NCBI RefSeq assembly: GCF_006345805.1
Contig: NW_021828052.1
Location: 1 to 35,822 of the forward strand
DNA: 35,822 nt
Direction: 5' to 3'
DNA from: Octopus sinensis
Lineage: Eukaryota
A model generated the notes under the pieces. It had not been told where the DNA came from. It saw nothing but the letters and a program-made list of their open reading frames with translations, and did no database searches. The position numbers and the translations under genes were made by a program. Positions 33,244 through 35,822 of this stretch are shown here, one piece after another; within the stretch, counting starts at the first letter, position 1; each line of letters opens with the position of its first letter.

Positions 33244-35822
33244 CATAATTTATATGAATGCAAAAGTGTTAAAAAAGATTAATCGATGGATTTTAATTAA
33301 AAATAGGGTTCCTCTAACATTTGGCCAGGACTGTACTTTGAGCATTGGCAAACTAGCTAGATTCATTTCTGAAAAGATAAAGACTTTCATATTAAAATGA
33401 ACAGAAAGTTCTCCCTTTGAACAAATATATTCGGACAGATTTTTATGAAAATTAGAATTGCATTCCTGAAAATCATAAAGAAGCTATTGTGGCTTGTTTT
33501 GATGAGTTCATAATCTAAAAATGGGCTATACTAGTTTTGCAAGTTCAATTTAATTAAGTAATTCATTTGAGGAATTTTTCTGATTTCATCTTTTAGAAAG
33601 AATTCAGATTTAAAAGTGCAGTTCGTTATACTCTGGCCTGCAAAATGCACTTGATTTTGGGCTCCAGATATTAATTTATTTAACCCCATTACCCCTGAAA
33701 TTAGGAGGAATACGGCACGAAAAAAACCGACAGACCTCTTAGGGTAACACCATAAGTTAAGAGGGAAGTTAATCTTATATGATCTTCCTATAGCAGTGAG
33801 GTTTTTGCATTTTAGGACGACGTGCGTTGCTGTGTGTCGTCCGTCATGGCAGATTGAACAAGACGGATCGACATCCTTATCCAGTTTTGATAGTAGAGAA
33901 GTAAAGGGTGATGCCACAGCGAAATCTTGTGAGTTCGACCCGATCTTTGCGGCAGAGATCCTTTTTGGCTGAGTTTATTTTTGAGGGCCGATTGTTGAGG
34001 ATATTGTTTGCAGTTAGTGCGTTCAAGGAGAATTTGTTATTAGTTCTTTTTTATTTCCGATGGTTTTTTGTTAGAGAATGAGCTAGAATACGGCAGTAGT
34101 GGAGTGCTGGTGTGTTTTTTGATGTTCCTGTCAGGGTTGGTGTTCTCGTGGATTGTGACTTGGTGGTTTTTTTGGATCATACTCGCAAAGAATTGAGTTC
34201 CACAGATGTCGTAATGGTCTGCAAGTTTGATCATGTTGGTTTCCTGCTGCATATGGTCGGTCGGAGTAGACTTTATACAACCCGTAATGATTTGAATGTT
34301 TGGTTTTGGATTTATTGTAACTTCTGAAGAGGTGTTTTTGACAGTAGAGACGCACATGATGGACGTGCGTAGTCCAATGTTGGAAGAATGTATTGTTTGT
34401 ATAGGAATATTAGACATTTCCTTGTTTTGTCCAAGTCTGTTCCGGTGAGTGAGCGGAGGGCATTCATTTTACATTTGTGAATCAGGTTATCAATGTGTTG
34501 GCGAAATGATAAAGAGGTATCGTACGTTATTCCGAGTATTTTGAACTGTTTTAAGTGTGGGGGAATTTGAATATTGTTAATTCTGATTGTCGGAGTGAAA
34601 TTGTGTTCTCGTGTATTACTTGTTAGAAGAGTGGCTGATGATTTGGTTGGTGATAGGGATAGACTGTATAGAGCAATCCAGTTATACAGGATATCAATGA
34701 ATGGCTGAACTTGGCGACATGCTGCCGTTGGATTTGTGTTTGATGACGTGATCGTAATATCATCTGGGTATAGGAACAGAGATGCATTTTCGGGTGGTGT
34801 GGAATGTCACTTAGGTAAGTATCGCAAAGTGTGGGGGATAGGACTGAGTCCTGAGGTACTCCATTGAGAAGGATGCATGTATTTGAGCGTTTTTGTCTTC
34901 CACCAAGGTAATTGGATATCCATCGTTTTGAGTTATTATCGATATTTTTTTTGCTAATAATGTGATTTATAAAAGTAAAAAGATAGCTAAGCTAATTAAT
35001 GGCCTCACGAGACACCCGGCCAGCCTCGCGAATGGCGAAGCTGTTCCCTCGGATCACAGCAATAGACAGACGTAAGGAGCCAAGAATACTCTCTTGGATT
35101 GTTGCTTGTCCTTGAAATCCGTCGACCGAGCGAGCGAAGCGGAGTGTCTTGGGGTCGAAGATATCGGAGGACTCCACGGCGATTGGAGTAAAGAACAGCG
35201 AGTTAGAGAGCTGGCCGTACTTGAGAATCTTTCGGTCCCCGGCTGCCTCGAAGCGTGCCCAGGATTGGCGGCGAAACAGAGCGAGATTTCCCAGCGAGAA
35301 CGTGTCCGAACAGGTAGAATCCCAATAAGGGATTCCCCTGCTCGTATGGGAAGGTGGACATGCCGTCTGGGCGTTTGCTATCCCCTCTATCCAGTCCAAC
35401 AGGTTCAGGATTGACGGGACGCCAGCTGAAGCGAGGGCTCTCTGTATGATCGAGTTGAGTTCACTGTGAAGGGGAGCACGACCGGCACTCCGACGGCAAG
35501 CGAGGGTAAAAAGCTTATTGGATTAATGTATATTTGACAGCGTTTGTCATTGGTAATTTCCAAGAAAATTTTTTCGGTTTCGTTTTTTTGGAGGCTCCAT
35601 TTTGCTCTTTTTAGTTTATGAACGTGTTATTTTCGGAATGTTGATTAGGGGCATGAGTTTGTATTAGGATTGGTGTATGATCTGATGATAGTTGATTAAT
35701 TGTGTTTCATGTGGTATTTTATGTTAGGTTTGGAGAGAAGACGGAGATTATTCATGTCGTTGAAAGTTTCAAGATGAGGATTGTATGAGCTAGATAGTAG
35801 TTGAGGTTGGGGGATGTAGATG
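33244..35822 (-). repeat. duplicated segment, copy 2: APE-RT LINE with nested CRE-RLE fragment (~34985-35505); runs off the window
   Basis: Collinear with 15951-18786; same CCHC, RT and RLE peptides; empty site for the 481-bp LINE at about 34886-34899. Confidence 0.95.

Noticed and set aside
8027-35414. Most antisense and overlapping ORFs in the track
   Set aside because: They are shadow frames of GC-rich retroelement or AT-rich transposase sequence, with no independent coding evidence.

Overview
AT-rich eukaryotic (most likely animal) genomic DNA with no prokaryotic features; it reads as a transposon and pseudogene graveyard. (1) Broken, intron-retaining fragments of host genes: ABHD16A, a PIM-like kinase, the UGGT catalytic end, a possible RRM gene, a tandem-PDZ NHERF-like gene and VPS26C/DSCR3. 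Their GT-AG introns are only about 24-32 nt. (2) Many, often nested, transposons: Buster-type hATs with 8-bp nnnTAnnn target sites, a Tc1 (DD34E) IR/DR family, two TGT...ACA Ginger2-type elements with 5-bp TSDs, APE/RT LINEs and CRE-type RLE retrotransposon pieces. (3) A ~2.6-2.8 kb duplication (15951-18786 / 33244-35822) that provides a filled/empty LINE insertion pair. (4) The standout: a ~1.2 kb degraded endogenous copy of a rhabdovirus-like (Mononegavirales) L polymerase, covering the end of the RdRp and the PRNTase capping domain with GxxT and HR motifs. It begins exactly at the TA next to a Tc1 terminus. All family assignments come from recalled motifs, not database searches. Some frameshifts lie in homopolymers and could be assembly errors.
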